This document shows, piece by piece, positions 1 through 8,887 of a stretch of DNA of 64,000 bases. The stretch covers positions 2,195-66,194 of the forward strand of contig JADFMB010000001.1 in the NCBI GenBank assembly GCA_022564115.1, read 5' to 3'. Under the pieces are notes generated by a model. The model worked only from the letters and a program-made list of their open reading frames with translations. It searched no databases and was not told the DNA's origin. Position 1 is the stretch's first letter. Each line of letters starts with the position of its first letter. Both the position numbers and the translations under genes were made by a program. Origin of the DNA: Pseudomonadota bacterium (GTDB taxonomy: Bacteria; Pseudomonadota; Alphaproteobacteria; Rhodospirillales; Casp-alpha2).

Positions 1-1
1 C

Positions 2-178
2 GAGCGCCTGGCGAAGCCGGTGCGCGTGGCCATCATCTCCGCCGTGCTCAAGGCCGAGCCGACCCGGCACACCGAGATCATCAAGGAAGAGCTCAAATAC
101 ATCGTCGCCCAGGAAATGGCGGCCCGGGACATCGGGCCAAAGGGAAGTTCGCCCGGGAAGTCCCACCGGCCGGGATGA
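2..178 (+). CDS. 3' end of an unidentified CDS (partial, runs off the left edge)
   Basis: The frame is open from the window edge (ERLAKPVRVAIISAVLKAEPTRHTEIIKEELKYIVAQEMAARDIG...). It ends at TGA 176-178 and has GC-rich third positions. No family recognised. Confidence 0.3.
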   Translation, partial: ERLAKPVRVAIISAVLKAEPTRHTEIIKEELKYIVAQEMAARDIGPKGSSPGKSHRPG

Positions 179-208
179 TCCCTTTAAATCAGCCGCTTTC
201 GGATCTCT

Positions 209-391
209 TTATCGGGGTTGACCCTGGGAGCCGGGGTCGAGGTCCTGAGGGAGCTGTTCAAGCGCCAGCTCGACACCGATCAGCTCTTTTTTGCCGCCGC
301 CGAGGCGCTGGCGCACCTGCATCACCTGATGGGGCAGGGAAAAATCAGGCGGCGCATGGACGATGATGGCGTGAATGTGTTCGAGAGTCAT
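209..391 (-). CDS. Small hypothetical protein (about 60 aa), possibly co-transcribed with the response regulator
   Basis: ATG at 391-389 lies just downstream of the regulator stop. Third codon positions are mostly G/C by my own count. There is no recognisable motif, and a competing + strand ORF (218-505) overlaps the neighbouring gene. Confidence 0.25.
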   Translation of the reverse strand: MTLEHIHAIIVHAPPDFSLPHQVMQVRQRLGGGKKELIGVELALEQLPQDLDPGSQGQPR

Positions 392-408
392 GAGGGCCGA
401 ACCGTTAT

Positions 409-1671
409 TCAACTCGAGGATTTGACCGATGCGGCGCGTGCCTGCCTGGCTTCGCCGGCCAGGCAGCGGGTAATGGCCAGCCGCTTCCGCATCTGGCCGA
501 TGTAATCCGCCAACGCCTGGCCGCGGAGCACGACGCCGGAATTGGTGACGGCGCTCGAATCCCGGTCATGTATGTCCCAGAGCTTGGCCAGCCTGAGCAG
601 CCACTTTTCCAGGTACGGCTTCCAGTCGCCGCCGTGGCGGCGCTGCACGTAGCCGGCGATTCTTTCGTGGCTGTTGAATTTCCACCACGTCACCCGAGGA
701 ATCGCCGCGCACCGGGTTTTCAGCACCCATCCGTAACCGAGAAGCTCGGAGATCGGACGCGGCGCCGTTTCCTCGATGGGGTCGCCCGCCACCTCGATGA
801 TGGTTTCCTGGGCCACGTAAACCGGTTTCGGTTTCACCCGGGCCGGGGGGGTCGGGGGAGTCAACTGGATCGGCGAAAGAGCGACGGTTTCGGTCAGGGC
901 CGGCGCCGGGGCCGGGACGGCGGCCGGGGGCGCTGCTTTGAACACAACGGGAGCAGGGGCCAGGGGCGTCTCGGCCGGGTAGACCCCGGGGCCGCCGAAG
1001 ATCCAGAAGACGCCCATTGCGGCGGCGACGGCGGCGAGCCCGAAGAAAGCGGCGAAAATCCGTTTTTCGGCCCGGGTTTCGATGCGTTTCGGGGCTTTCT
1101 CGTCGGCCCCGGCGTTGGTTTCGAGCCAGTCGGCCGGGGTTTTTTCCGGCCCCGCTTCGGGCCCGGGCAGGATCAGGGCTTCGGGCGTCGGGGCGAATAC
1201 AGGCCCGGGCGTCGGAGTGAATGCCGGGATAATGGTTTCTTGGGCAACGGGGGCCACGGTGCCGGCGCTCGAGCGTTGCAACAGGTTGCGGACGCGCAGG
1301 ATCAGCTCCTCGGGGTCGAACGGCTTGGTCAGGTAATCGTCGGCGCCGAGATCCAGGGCCCTGAGGCGGTCCTCGTGGGACTTCCGCGCCGTGGCGACGA
1401 TGATCGGTATCGAGGATTGGGACCGGACCTGGCTCGCGAGGTCGAGGCCGTCGCTGTCCGGCAAATTCAAATCGAGGATGATCAGGTCGACGTCTTCCGA
1501 CGCCAGGGCCCCGAACATCTCCCCGCCGGTGGCCGCCCGGGACACCGCCAGCCCTTCGTTTTCGAGATGCAGGGCCAGGAACGTCTGGATCATGGCGTCG
1601 TCTTCGACGACAAGCACGCGTTGGGGGAGCACGCGTTGGGGGAGCACGCGGTTGGGTGTTGGCTTCATCAC
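409..1671 (-). CDS. Response-regulator receiver domain protein with Pro-rich linker, one predicted TM helix and a C-terminal domain of unknown function
   Basis: The N-terminus carries REC motifs: VLVVEDD, DLIILDLNLPDSDG and DDYLTKPF. A hydrophobic stretch (IFAAFFGLAAVAAAMGVFWIFGG) follows. No winged-helix or other known output domain is present. Confidence 0.8.
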   Translation of the reverse strand: MMKPTPNRVLPQRVLPQRVLVVEDDAMIQTFLALHLENEGLAVSRAATGGEMFGALASEDVDLIILDLNLPDSDGLDLASQVRSQSSIPIIVATARKSHEDRLRALDLGADDYLTKPFDPEELILRVRNLLQRSSAGTVAPVAQETIIPAFTPTPGPVFAPTPEALILPGPEAGPEKTPADWLETNAGADEKAPKRIETRAEKRIFAAFFGLAAVAAAMGVFWIFGGPGVYPAETPLAPAPVVFKAAPPAAVPAPAPALTETVALSPIQLTPPTPPARVKPKPVYVAQETIIEVAGDPIEETAPRPISELLGYGWVLKTRCAAIPRVTWWKFNSHERIAGYVQRRHGGDWKPYLEKWLLRLAKLWDIHDRDSSAVTNSGVVLRGQALADYIGQMRKRLAITRCLAGEARQARAASVKSSS

Positions 1672-1874
1672 CGATTCCTCTTTTTACAGGATCAGTGATA
1701 ACCGAAGCGTGTTGCCAGGGTATTTCCGGGCTATAACCGAGATGTTAAAATGTATTACAATTCTGGAAAGGGTTGATTTCCGGCGTTTTCGGCCGGACCG
1801 GCAGGCGTTTTAGAGCAAATCCCGAGCAGATGGAATCAATCCGCGACGACGAATTTGCGTAATATCAATAAGAT

Positions 1875-1916
1875 TAGAGCATGAAACATAAGCCATCCTA
1901 AATGCATCATGCTCTA
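1875..1916 (-). terminator. Hairpin immediately downstream of the rhodanese gene (possible terminator)
   Basis: Perfect 10-bp inverted repeat TAGAGCATGA (1875-1884) / TCATGCTCTA (1907-1916), starting 17 nt after the stop. The stem is AT-rich and the loop is long, so this is weak. Confidence 0.3.
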
Positions 1917-1932
1917 GAAGTGAAAAAGGCGT

Positions 1933-2292
1933 CTATTCGGGTTCCGGGATGTCGTCTTCGAGGGCCGCGCCTTCGGTTTCCAGGCTGGCTTCCTTCCACG
2001 CCTCGATGCCGCCTTCCAGGTTGAGGACGTCGGAAAGGCCTTCGTTCATCAATTGCTTGGCGCCGACGAAGGAGCGCTGGCCGGTCCCGCACATGATGAC
2101 GATTTTGGTTTCCGTGATCTGGGGCAGGTAATCCCCGTCCAGGTAGGACATCGGATAAAGCAGGGCGCCGGGAACGTGCTCTTCCTCGTATTCGTCGGTT
2201 TCGCGGACGTCGATCAACAAAACCTGTCTTTCGGATATCATTTTGTTGAGAGTCTGAACGTCTATGGATTCCGGATCGTCGGCCATGATCAC
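1933..2292 (-). CDS. Single-domain rhodanese-like sulfurtransferase
   Basis: 119 aa with the active-site loop CGTGQRS and typical flanks (LIDVRETDEYEEEHVPGA ... LEGGIEAW). Confidence 0.85.
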   Translation of the reverse strand: MIMADDPESIDVQTLNKMISERQVLLIDVRETDEYEEEHVPGALLYPMSYLDGDYLPQITETKIVIMCGTGQRSFVGAKQLMNEGLSDVLNLEGGIEAWKEASLETEGAALEDDIPEPE

Positions 2293-2380
2293 CCCTTTCG
2301 CTTCCCGGTATATATTCTATCAATTGAATGTGTGAATGCACAAGACAGCTTTCAAGGTCCGAGGGAAGGCGGAGGAAGAG

Positions 2381-4605
2381 CTAGCCGTGCGCCTCGAGGC
2401 CGCAGCCGACGACCGCCGAAGCCCAGTTGAGGTTCTCCGAGAAATTGACCACCTCGCCGATGACCAACAGCGTCGGCGCCTGGAATTTTTCGTTTTTGAC
2501 GCAATCGGGAAGGTCGGCGACGGTGGTGATGACGGTGCGCTGTTCCGGCGTGGTGCCCCTTTCGATGGCGGCGGCGGGGGTGAACCCGGGCAGGCCGGCG
2601 GCAATCAACTGGCGGCTGATTTCGCCTGTATTGCTGAGCCCCATGTAGATGACCAGGGTCGATTTCGTATCCGCCAGGGCCTTCCAGTTCAAGTCCAGGT
2701 CCTGGCCGTCCTGGCGATGACCGGCGATGAAGGTCACCGAACGCGAAACGCCGCGGTGGGTCAGCGGGATGCCGGCCCGGGCCGTGCAGCCCGTCGACGC
2801 GGTGATGCCGGGCACGACCTCGAAGGATATGCCGTGTTCGGCCAGATTCAACGCTTCCTCGCTGCCGCGCCCGAAAATGAACGGATCGCCGCCCTTCAGC
2901 CGCACCACCCGGCGGCCGCTGCGGGCCAGGCGGACGAGCAATTCGTTGACCTCGTCCTGGGGCATGAAATGGTCGCGCGCCGCCTTGCCGGCGAAGAGGC
3001 GCGTCGTCCCCGGCGGGATGACGGCGAGGATTTCGTCGGAAACCAGCCGGTCATAGACGACGATGTCGGCTTCCTCGATCAAATGGCGGGCCCGGACCGT
3101 CAACAGCGCCGGATCGCCCGGCCCGGCGCCGACCAGATAGACCCGGGAAACCTGATCCGGCCAGGGGGAGACGTTGGCCTTGGCGCCGTCCTGTTGGTTG
3201 GCGACCGGGCCCGAGATCCGATAGGCCCCGCTTTCGCGGGTGGCGCGGACGAAATTGACGAACCGTCCGGTCCACCGGTTGGCCTCGGTATCGCGAAGGT
3301 GGGCGAACCCGGCCAGCAGGTTTTTGTAGACGATGCCGTCGTGTTCGCCGTCGACGCCGACGCCGCGCACGACCTCGTAGGCGAACTCCACCGGGCCGGA
3401 GATATTCTCCAGGCTCGAATAGTGGAATTCATGGGCCGCGAATTCGGCCCGCCCGCCGCCTTCGGTCCGCATCGGCCACGGCCCCTTGCCGGTTTCGCGA
3501 AGACGGGTATAGCCGCGGCCCTGGGGCCGGCTGTGCATCACCGCGTCGGCCGGGATCACCCCCGCCATCTTGCGTTTTTCGCCGCGCCACGAAAGGCTGC
3601 GGGCCAGGTACATCAGGCCGCCGCATTCGGCGTAAGCCGGCATGCCCATCTCGATGGCGTCGCGGATATGGGTGCGCATCGAGACATTGGCTTCCAAGGC
3701 CTTCAGGTGGGATTCCGGGAACCCGCCGCCGATGAAAAGCCCATCGGCCTCGGGCAGGCGGCGATCGATCAGGGTGTCGAACGCCACCAATTCGGCGCCC
3801 GCCGCCTCCAGTGCCTCCAGGTCGCCGGGATAATAGAAGCCGAAGGCGGAATCACGGGCAATGGCGATGCGCACGTCCGCGCCGTCCGCGACGGGCCGGG
3901 GCCGGGGACCGCCGACAGCGCCGGCGCCGTTTCGGCCGCTTTGAGGATGGCTTCCAGGTCGACCTCGCGGGCGATGACGTCGGTGATGCTGGACACCACG
4001 GCTTGGGCGTTGGCGGTCTCGTTGGACGGAATCAGCCCTAAGTGCCGCTCCGAGATTTCCAGCGCCGGCTGGCGGTAGACCGACCCCAGCACCGGCACCT
4101 CGGTTTAATGCTCGATGATCCGGCGAAGCTTGGCTTCGTGGCGCGAGCCGCCGACCTTGTTGAGAATCACGCCGGCGATGCGGATGTCCGGATCGAAGGC
4201 CTGATAACCCAAAATCAGGGGCGCGATGCCCCGGGTCATGCCCTGGGTGTCGAGGACCAGCACCACCGGGGCCCGCAGGAGCGACGCCAGGGCGGCGTTG
4301 GAATTGCCCCGCCCTCCAGATCGAGCCCGTCGTAAAGCCCCTTGTTGCCCTCGATGATGGATAGATCGGCGCCGTGGCCATGCCGCGCGAAGGTGGCCAG
4401 GATCTCGGCTTCGGTCATGGTCTGGTAATCGAGGTTGTGACACGCCCGGCCGGTGGCGGCGGCCAGCCACATGGGGTCGATGTAATCGGGGCCCTTCTTG
4501 AACGCCTGCACCGTCAGCCCCTGCTTGGTCAGCGCGGCGGCGATGCCGGCGGTGATGGTCGTCTTGGCGGACGACTTGTGGGCGGCGGATATCAGGATGG
4601 GCCAT
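2381..4605 (-). pseudogene. Disrupted fusion gene: CobB/CbiA-like a,c-diamide synthase fused to uroporphyrinogen-III C-methyltransferase (SUMT, CobA/CysG C-domain type)
   Basis: CobB-like sequence is spread over three reading frames:
- P-loop region ILISAAHKSSAKTT...KKGPDYIDP in one frame
- NSNAALASLLRAPVVLVLD...ILNKVGGSRHEAKLRRIIEH in a second frame, interrupted by an in-frame TAA at 4105-4107
- VRIAIARDSAFGFYYPGD...AECGGLMYL glutamine amidotransferase part in a third frame

The third frame runs without a stop into a SUMT domain (VYLVGAGPGDPALLT...GGDPFIFGRG). Confidence 0.7.
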
Positions 4606-4608
4606 GGC

Positions 4609-5622
4609 TCAGGCCGCGTCCTTGATGTCGAGCGGAGACTCGGCGCGGTTTTCCCACAGCGACCGGGCCTGGGCCTCGGCGTCCTCGATGCCGTCGGTGC
4701 GGCCCATCAGGCGCAGCGCGATCGCCGCCGTGCCGGTGACGGCGGCGGTGGCGGCGGTGTCATTGTCCTCGCCCCGCCAAAGCCTGAGCAGGCGGCCCAG
4801 GTCCATGACCTCGTCGGTCTTGATGATTTTGCCGGGCAGCATGGCCGGCCATTCCTCGTCGACGTTCTCGCCGTCGAGCAGGCTTTCGACGACCACCGGC
4901 TTGGCCGGGCGGCGTTCGGTCTCGCCGCCCTCGCCCTTGAACACGGCCATGGATGGCTGACCCAGGAGCCGCGACGCCTGGCGGTGGATTTCGCCGTAAT
5001 TGGGATGGAAGACCGATTGCAGGGAATAGGGCGCGTCGAAGGGATTGAGCATGCGGACAAAGGTGTTGATCGGCGAGCGCACGCCCAGGATCGGCTTCAG
5101 GTTGAGGATCTCGTCGAGCCTGGGCACCAGGTTGGCCAGCGGCAGGTAGGCGAAATTGCGCTCGCGGATGTGCCGGGCCGCGTCGTCCATGGACCGGGCG
5201 GCCTCGATGCCCAGCGCTTCCAGCGCCTCGCGGGTATAGATGCGGCCCGGGGTGTGGCCCTCGGTGCCGTGCATGAAGACCTTGACGCGGTTCTGCGCCA
5301 ACAGCAGCGCGGACAGCAAAAACCACGGCAATTGCCGTTTCTTGCCGGCGTATGACTGCCAGTCCAGGTCGACCTCCGGCGCGCCCTCGGGCTTTTTGAT
5401 CTCCTCTTCCTTGACCACGCGGACGAACCCGGCGGCCTCGCCCGGGTCCTCGGTCCTGACCCGCAGCACCGCCAGGAACGCGCCTAACTGCAATTCCCTC
5501 ACCTCGCCCGAGAGGATCATGCGGGCGGCCTCGGCCATCTCGTCCTCGGTCAGGGGGCGGGACAGTTTCGGGCCCCGGGCGATGGTCCGCACGAAGCGGG
5601 AAAAGGGGTGTTCCTCGGTCAT
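4609..5622 (-). CDS. Glycosyl transferase family 3 / anthranilate phosphoribosyltransferase-like (TrpD paralog) protein
   Basis: 337 aa. The N-terminal helical bundle reads LTEDEMAEAARMILSGEVRELQLGAFLAVLRVR. The size and core are TrpD-like, but no catalytic motif was checked. Confidence 0.55.
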   Translation of the reverse strand: MTEEHPFSRFVRTIARGPKLSRPLTEDEMAEAARMILSGEVRELQLGAFLAVLRVRTEDPGEAAGFVRVVKEEEIKKPEGAPEVDLDWQSYAGKKRQLPWFLLSALLLAQNRVKVFMHGTEGHTPGRIYTREALEALGIEAARSMDDAARHIRERNFAYLPLANLVPRLDEILNLKPILGVRSPINTFVRMLNPFDAPYSLQSVFHPNYGEIHRQASRLLGQPSMAVFKGEGGETERRPAKPVVVESLLDGENVDEEWPAMLPGKIIKTDEVMDLGRLLRLWRGEDNDTAATAAVTGTAAIALRLMGRTDGIEDAEAQARSLWENRAESPLDIKDAA

Positions 5623-5739
5623 CTAAAAACCCACTAAACAAATCGTCGCCGGTCTCGGGCGCGGCTGGCAGTCAGGCCGGCTTGTCTTCTTCGGCGTCGT
5701 CGCCCCCGCCGTCATCGTCATCGTCACCGCCTTCGGGGC

Positions 5740-6801
5740 TCAACCCTGGGCGGTCCTTTCCTCAGGGTGCTCCACGGGACCGCCGCCCTTGATCCAGGCG
5801 TCGATGCCGCCGGCCAAATGGCAGGTGTTGACCAACCCGGCCTCGTGCATTTCGTAAGTGGCCAGGGCCGAGCGTTCGCCGAAGGCGCAATAGAGCAAAA
5901 GTTCCTGGTCCGGGTTCGCCGCGATCACCGTCAACAGGCCGCCCGGCTTGATGTTTTGGCGAAGGTGCTGATAGGGCATGTGCACCGAACCGGGGATGAT
6001 GCCGTCGCGGATCCGTTCGTGTTCCTCGCGCAGATCGATGAACAGGGTTTCCGAGTAACCGACCCGCTCGATGGCGCGGTCGGCGGGGATGGTGTGTTCC
6101 TGGATGTCGGGGGCGTCGCCGGAAAATCCGATGGCCAGGTTGGCGGGCACCGCCACGTCCATCTTCGTCGGGTCGGGCAGGTTGAGGTTGTCCATGATGT
6201 CGGCGTATTCCTCGGCCGAGGCCACCTGCAGGCGCGGATTGAAGGCCTTCTCCTCGGCGATGGTGCTGACGGTGTCGCCCTTGTAGTCGTGGCCGGGATA
6301 GACCAGCGTCTCTTCGGGGAGCGTCAACAGCTTGTTGAACAGCGAATCGTAGGCGGCCCGGGGGTCGCCGTTCTGAAAATCGGTGCGCCCGGTGCCGCGG
6401 ATCAGCAGCGTGTCGCCGGTGAACACCCGGTCCTTCATGGCGAAGCAATAGGAATCGTCCGTATGGCCCGGGGTGTACATGACATCGAGCGATATATTCT
6501 CGATCTCGATCACGTCGCCATCGTCGACGCGCATGGAAACCCTGTCGACCTTCGATTGCTTGCCCATTACGGTGACGCAGCGGGTGGCGTCCCTGAGGGC
6601 GCCCAGGCCGGTGATGTGGTCGGCGTGGACGTGGGTGTCGATGACCTTGACCAGGGTCAGGTCCAACTCTTTCAGCAATTCCAGGTAACGGTCGACCTTT
6701 TCGATGACCGGGTCGATGATCAACGCCTCGCCGCCGGATCGGCCGGCCAGCAAATAGGTATAGGTGGACGAAACGCTGTCGAGTAACTGGCGGAAGATCA
6801 C
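5740..6801 (-). CDS. Persulfide dioxygenase (ETHE1-like MBL fold) fused to a C-terminal rhodanese domain
   Basis: - Begins (V)IFRQLLD.
- Metallo-beta-lactamase motif THVHADH.
- Also YTPGHTDDS and YPGHDY.
- C-terminal rhodanese with active-site CAFGERS.
- Start taken at GTG 6801 rather than the ORF-track ATG 6861. Confidence 0.85.
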   Translation of the reverse strand: MIFRQLLDSVSSTYTYLLAGRSGGEALIIDPVIEKVDRYLELLKELDLTLVKVIDTHVHADHITGLGALRDATRCVTVMGKQSKVDRVSMRVDDGDVIEIENISLDVMYTPGHTDDSYCFAMKDRVFTGDTLLIRGTGRTDFQNGDPRAAYDSLFNKLLTLPEETLVYPGHDYKGDTVSTIAEEKAFNPRLQVASAEEYADIMDNLNLPDPTKMDVAVPANLAIGFSGDAPDIQEHTIPADRAIERVGYSETLFIDLREEHERIRDGIIPGSVHMPYQHLRQNIKPGGLLTVIAANPDQELLLYCAFGERSALATYEMHEAGLVNTCHLAGGIDAWIKGGGPVEHPEERTAQG

Positions 6802-6955
6802 GGGCCACCTGCCTTGGCAAGGGAGACCCTGAAAAGGTAGGGACGCAAGGCCCGCTGTCAATGGTTAAGGAGGCGGCGCGGCGGCCGGCGCTTGTCGGGC
6901 GGCGTAAGGGCAGGGGCGGGATCAGCCGTAGGCGGGTAATGGGTTGTTCTACCCA

Positions 6956-7031
6956 ATGTCCGCTTTCGGGGGTAAAGCGGACATAATTCAGGGTGTGGCT
7001 AAATGTCCGCTATTAGCCATGTGTGGACATT
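6956..7031. repeat. REP-like palindromic element (ATGTCCGCTTT-N7-AAAGCGGACAT) plus adjacent conserved tail
   Basis: The stem arms lie at 6956-6966 and 6974-6984. The following 45 nt (GTAAAGCGGACATAATTCAGGGTGTGGCTAAATGTCCGCTATTAGCC) recur almost identically at 55186-55231. Confidence 0.8.
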
Positions 7032-7142
7032 GAGATGCCGGTGGTGGAATGCTGTATCGTTCACAGGTAAGGTCCTGCCATCGCCTTATTCGACTCCTGC
7101 GGAGGTTTTATTTTTTCGGCAAGACAACGTTCGGTGGCAGCT

Positions 7143-7808
7143 TTAAGTCTCATCCGATGGCAAATGCCCGGTCTTGACCCAGATAGTGCAGCCTTCAGTG
7201 CTGAACGGCGTGTGCATACTGGCGTGTCGGTTCCTAATCCAGGTGCCCTTGGGATAGCGTCCGTGCTCGTCTTCGAAGACGCCGTCGAGCACCAAAATCT
7301 CCTCGCCGCCGAAATGGGTGTGACGGGTGAATTGGGTGCCGGGCGCCCACTTGACCAAGGCCACGTGCTCAGTGCCGAACTCATGCAAGGGCATGACCGA
7401 AAGCCCGTCGACCAGACCTGGGTGCCAGGGCGCGTCGGTGGTCTTGATGCGAACGAATTCGGTGTCGTTAGGGTCGAACTGGTCCAGCTTGACGAAAATG
7501 ACGCAGCCTTCGTCGCTGTGCGGCCTGTGCGCCGAGCCGATGGGGTTGCGAACGTAACTGCCGGGACCGAAGTCGCCCGTCTCGTCTGAGAACACGCCTT
7601 CCAGCACCAGGAACTCCTCGCCGCCTGTGTGGGTGTGGGGGGAAAAGTGGCTGTTTGGTGCATAACGCACCAGTGTCGTCGCACGGCCTGATTCCGAGGC
7701 CTCGCGCTCCAGCTTCCGGCGCTCAACGCCGGCCATTCTGGACGGGTCCCAGTCCACGCTTTCGCTATCGATGACGACCCGTTGGGTGAAATCCATGTTG
7801 AGGCTCAT
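7143..7808 (-). CDS. Bicupin protein (two ChrR-type cupin_7 modules)
   Basis: Two tandem modules share H-x-H-x-GGEE-[FI]LVL-[ED]G motifs: SPHTHTGGEEFLVLEGVF and TRHTHFGGEEILVLDGVF. Confidence 0.7.
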   Translation of the reverse strand: MSLNMDFTQRVVIDSESVDWDPSRMAGVERRKLEREASESGRATTLVRYAPNSHFSPHTHTGGEEFLVLEGVFSDETGDFGPGSYVRNPIGSAHRPHSDEGCVIFVKLDQFDPNDTEFVRIKTTDAPWHPGLVDGLSVMPLHEFGTEHVALVKWAPGTQFTRHTHFGGEEILVLDGVFEDEHGRYPKGTWIRNRHASMHTPFSTEGCTIWVKTGHLPSDET

Positions 7809-7963
7809 AATCGTGTCTCCTTTTTCGAAGCACCTGCGCTGGAACGGCTGGAAACAGTATCGTACCCGCGTTGTAAGTGCCCTCGGTCTTCGGGAAAAGT
7901 AATCCTATAAATTATCCGCATTGACCGGTGCCGTTGTGCTGAATGGCACCGGTCAAATATCGG

Positions 7964-8764
7964 TTAATTTCGGCCTGCCATCACGCCGCCGTCCACATCC
8001 CAGACAGCACCGGTGACCCATTCGCTGTCATCGGATAGAAGGAAGTCAATTGTCTTCGCAACTTCCTGGGCCTGACCTACGCGCCCAATGGGATGGAAAG
8101 CGTCGAAGACGTCGGTCAATGTGTCCTCGATGGCGTCTGGATCGATGAAAGCCCCGTAAATGGGCGTGATGACGACGGCTGGCGAGACCGCGTTCACGCG
8201 GATGTTGTAATCAGCCAGTTCCATGGCCAAGTGCTGCGTCAGCGAATGCAGGCCCGCTTTCGCCATAGAGTAGGCCGAAGATGGTGTCGCTTTGATTGCC
8301 TGCTTCCCCCACATGGAGCCGATGTTGACGATCGAACCGCCGCCGTGAGCCTTCATGTTTCGGGCGACAGCCTGTGTGATGAAGAAGAACGCCCGATTCA
8401 GTTGCTGGTAGCTGTCGTAATCCTGCTTGCCGTGATCCAAAAACGCCGTCGGTTTGAAAGCACCGGCTGCATTGACGAGGTGGCTGATATGCTGTTCCTC
8501 GGCATCGATCCGTTCGATGAAGGCATCCACATTGGTCGCGTTGTAAAGATCGGCGACCTGCAAATCGATGACGCCGCCTGGCGTCGGTTCCAAGTCCGCT
8601 TTGGCCTTCGCCAATTTTTCCTGGTTTGAAGACAACAGAATGAGGTCGAGACCACGGGTCCGAAGCAGGCGGGCCGTCTCCAGGCCCATACCGCTGGAGC
8701 CGCCGACGATGAGGGCGACGGCGTTGCCGGATGCATTAGAGATGATGGTTTGGTTGGTGTTCAT
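7964..8764 (-). CDS. Short-chain dehydrogenase/reductase (SDR) family oxidoreductase
   Basis: Cofactor motif VGGSSGMG and catalytic YSMAK, with typical classical-SDR length (266 aa). Confidence 0.85.
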
Positions 8765-8789
8765 AGTGATTCTCCTTAGGTTTCATATA

Positions 8790-8871
8790 TTATCTAACGA
8801 TAGGTAGGTAAGATGGCCCGTTTATAAGGCATTGCTTTTACCGGTGTCAAGAGTTATCTAACGATAGGTAG
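8790..8871. promoter_or_regulatory. Two copies of an 18-bp direct repeat (candidate TetR operator) in the SDR/TetR divergent intergenic region
   Basis: TTATCTAACGATAGGTAG occurs at 8790-8807 and again at 8854-8871. Each copy contains a TATC-N4-GATA half-palindrome. Confidence 0.5.
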
Positions 8872-8887
8872 ATTATTTTGGAGTTAC

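Noticed and set aside
218-505. + strand ORF of 95 aa at the left end.
   Set aside because: It overlaps the 3' end of the response-regulator gene by about 100 nt. It also competes with a minus-strand small ORF that has better third-position GC bias. No motif supports it.
568-1698. Long ORFs antisense to or overlapping confident genes. Examples: 568-1698 +, 2336-4078 +, 10155-10997 +, 12021-13493 +, 19916-21781 -, 22854-24494 -, 36399-38561 -, 45228-47363 -, 47815-49770 -, 53688-54971 +, 57142-59157 -.
   Set aside because: Their translations are Arg/Gly/Pro/Ala/His-rich low complexity with no motifs. Each lies opposite a gene with clear family signatures. This is the typical stop-codon-poor artefact of GC-rich DNA.
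4105-4107. The in-frame stop in the CobB-like gene as programmed recoding (selenocysteine or pyrrolysine).
   Set aside because: The codon is TAA, not TGA or TAG, and it is accompanied by two frame changes. Decay is the simpler reading.
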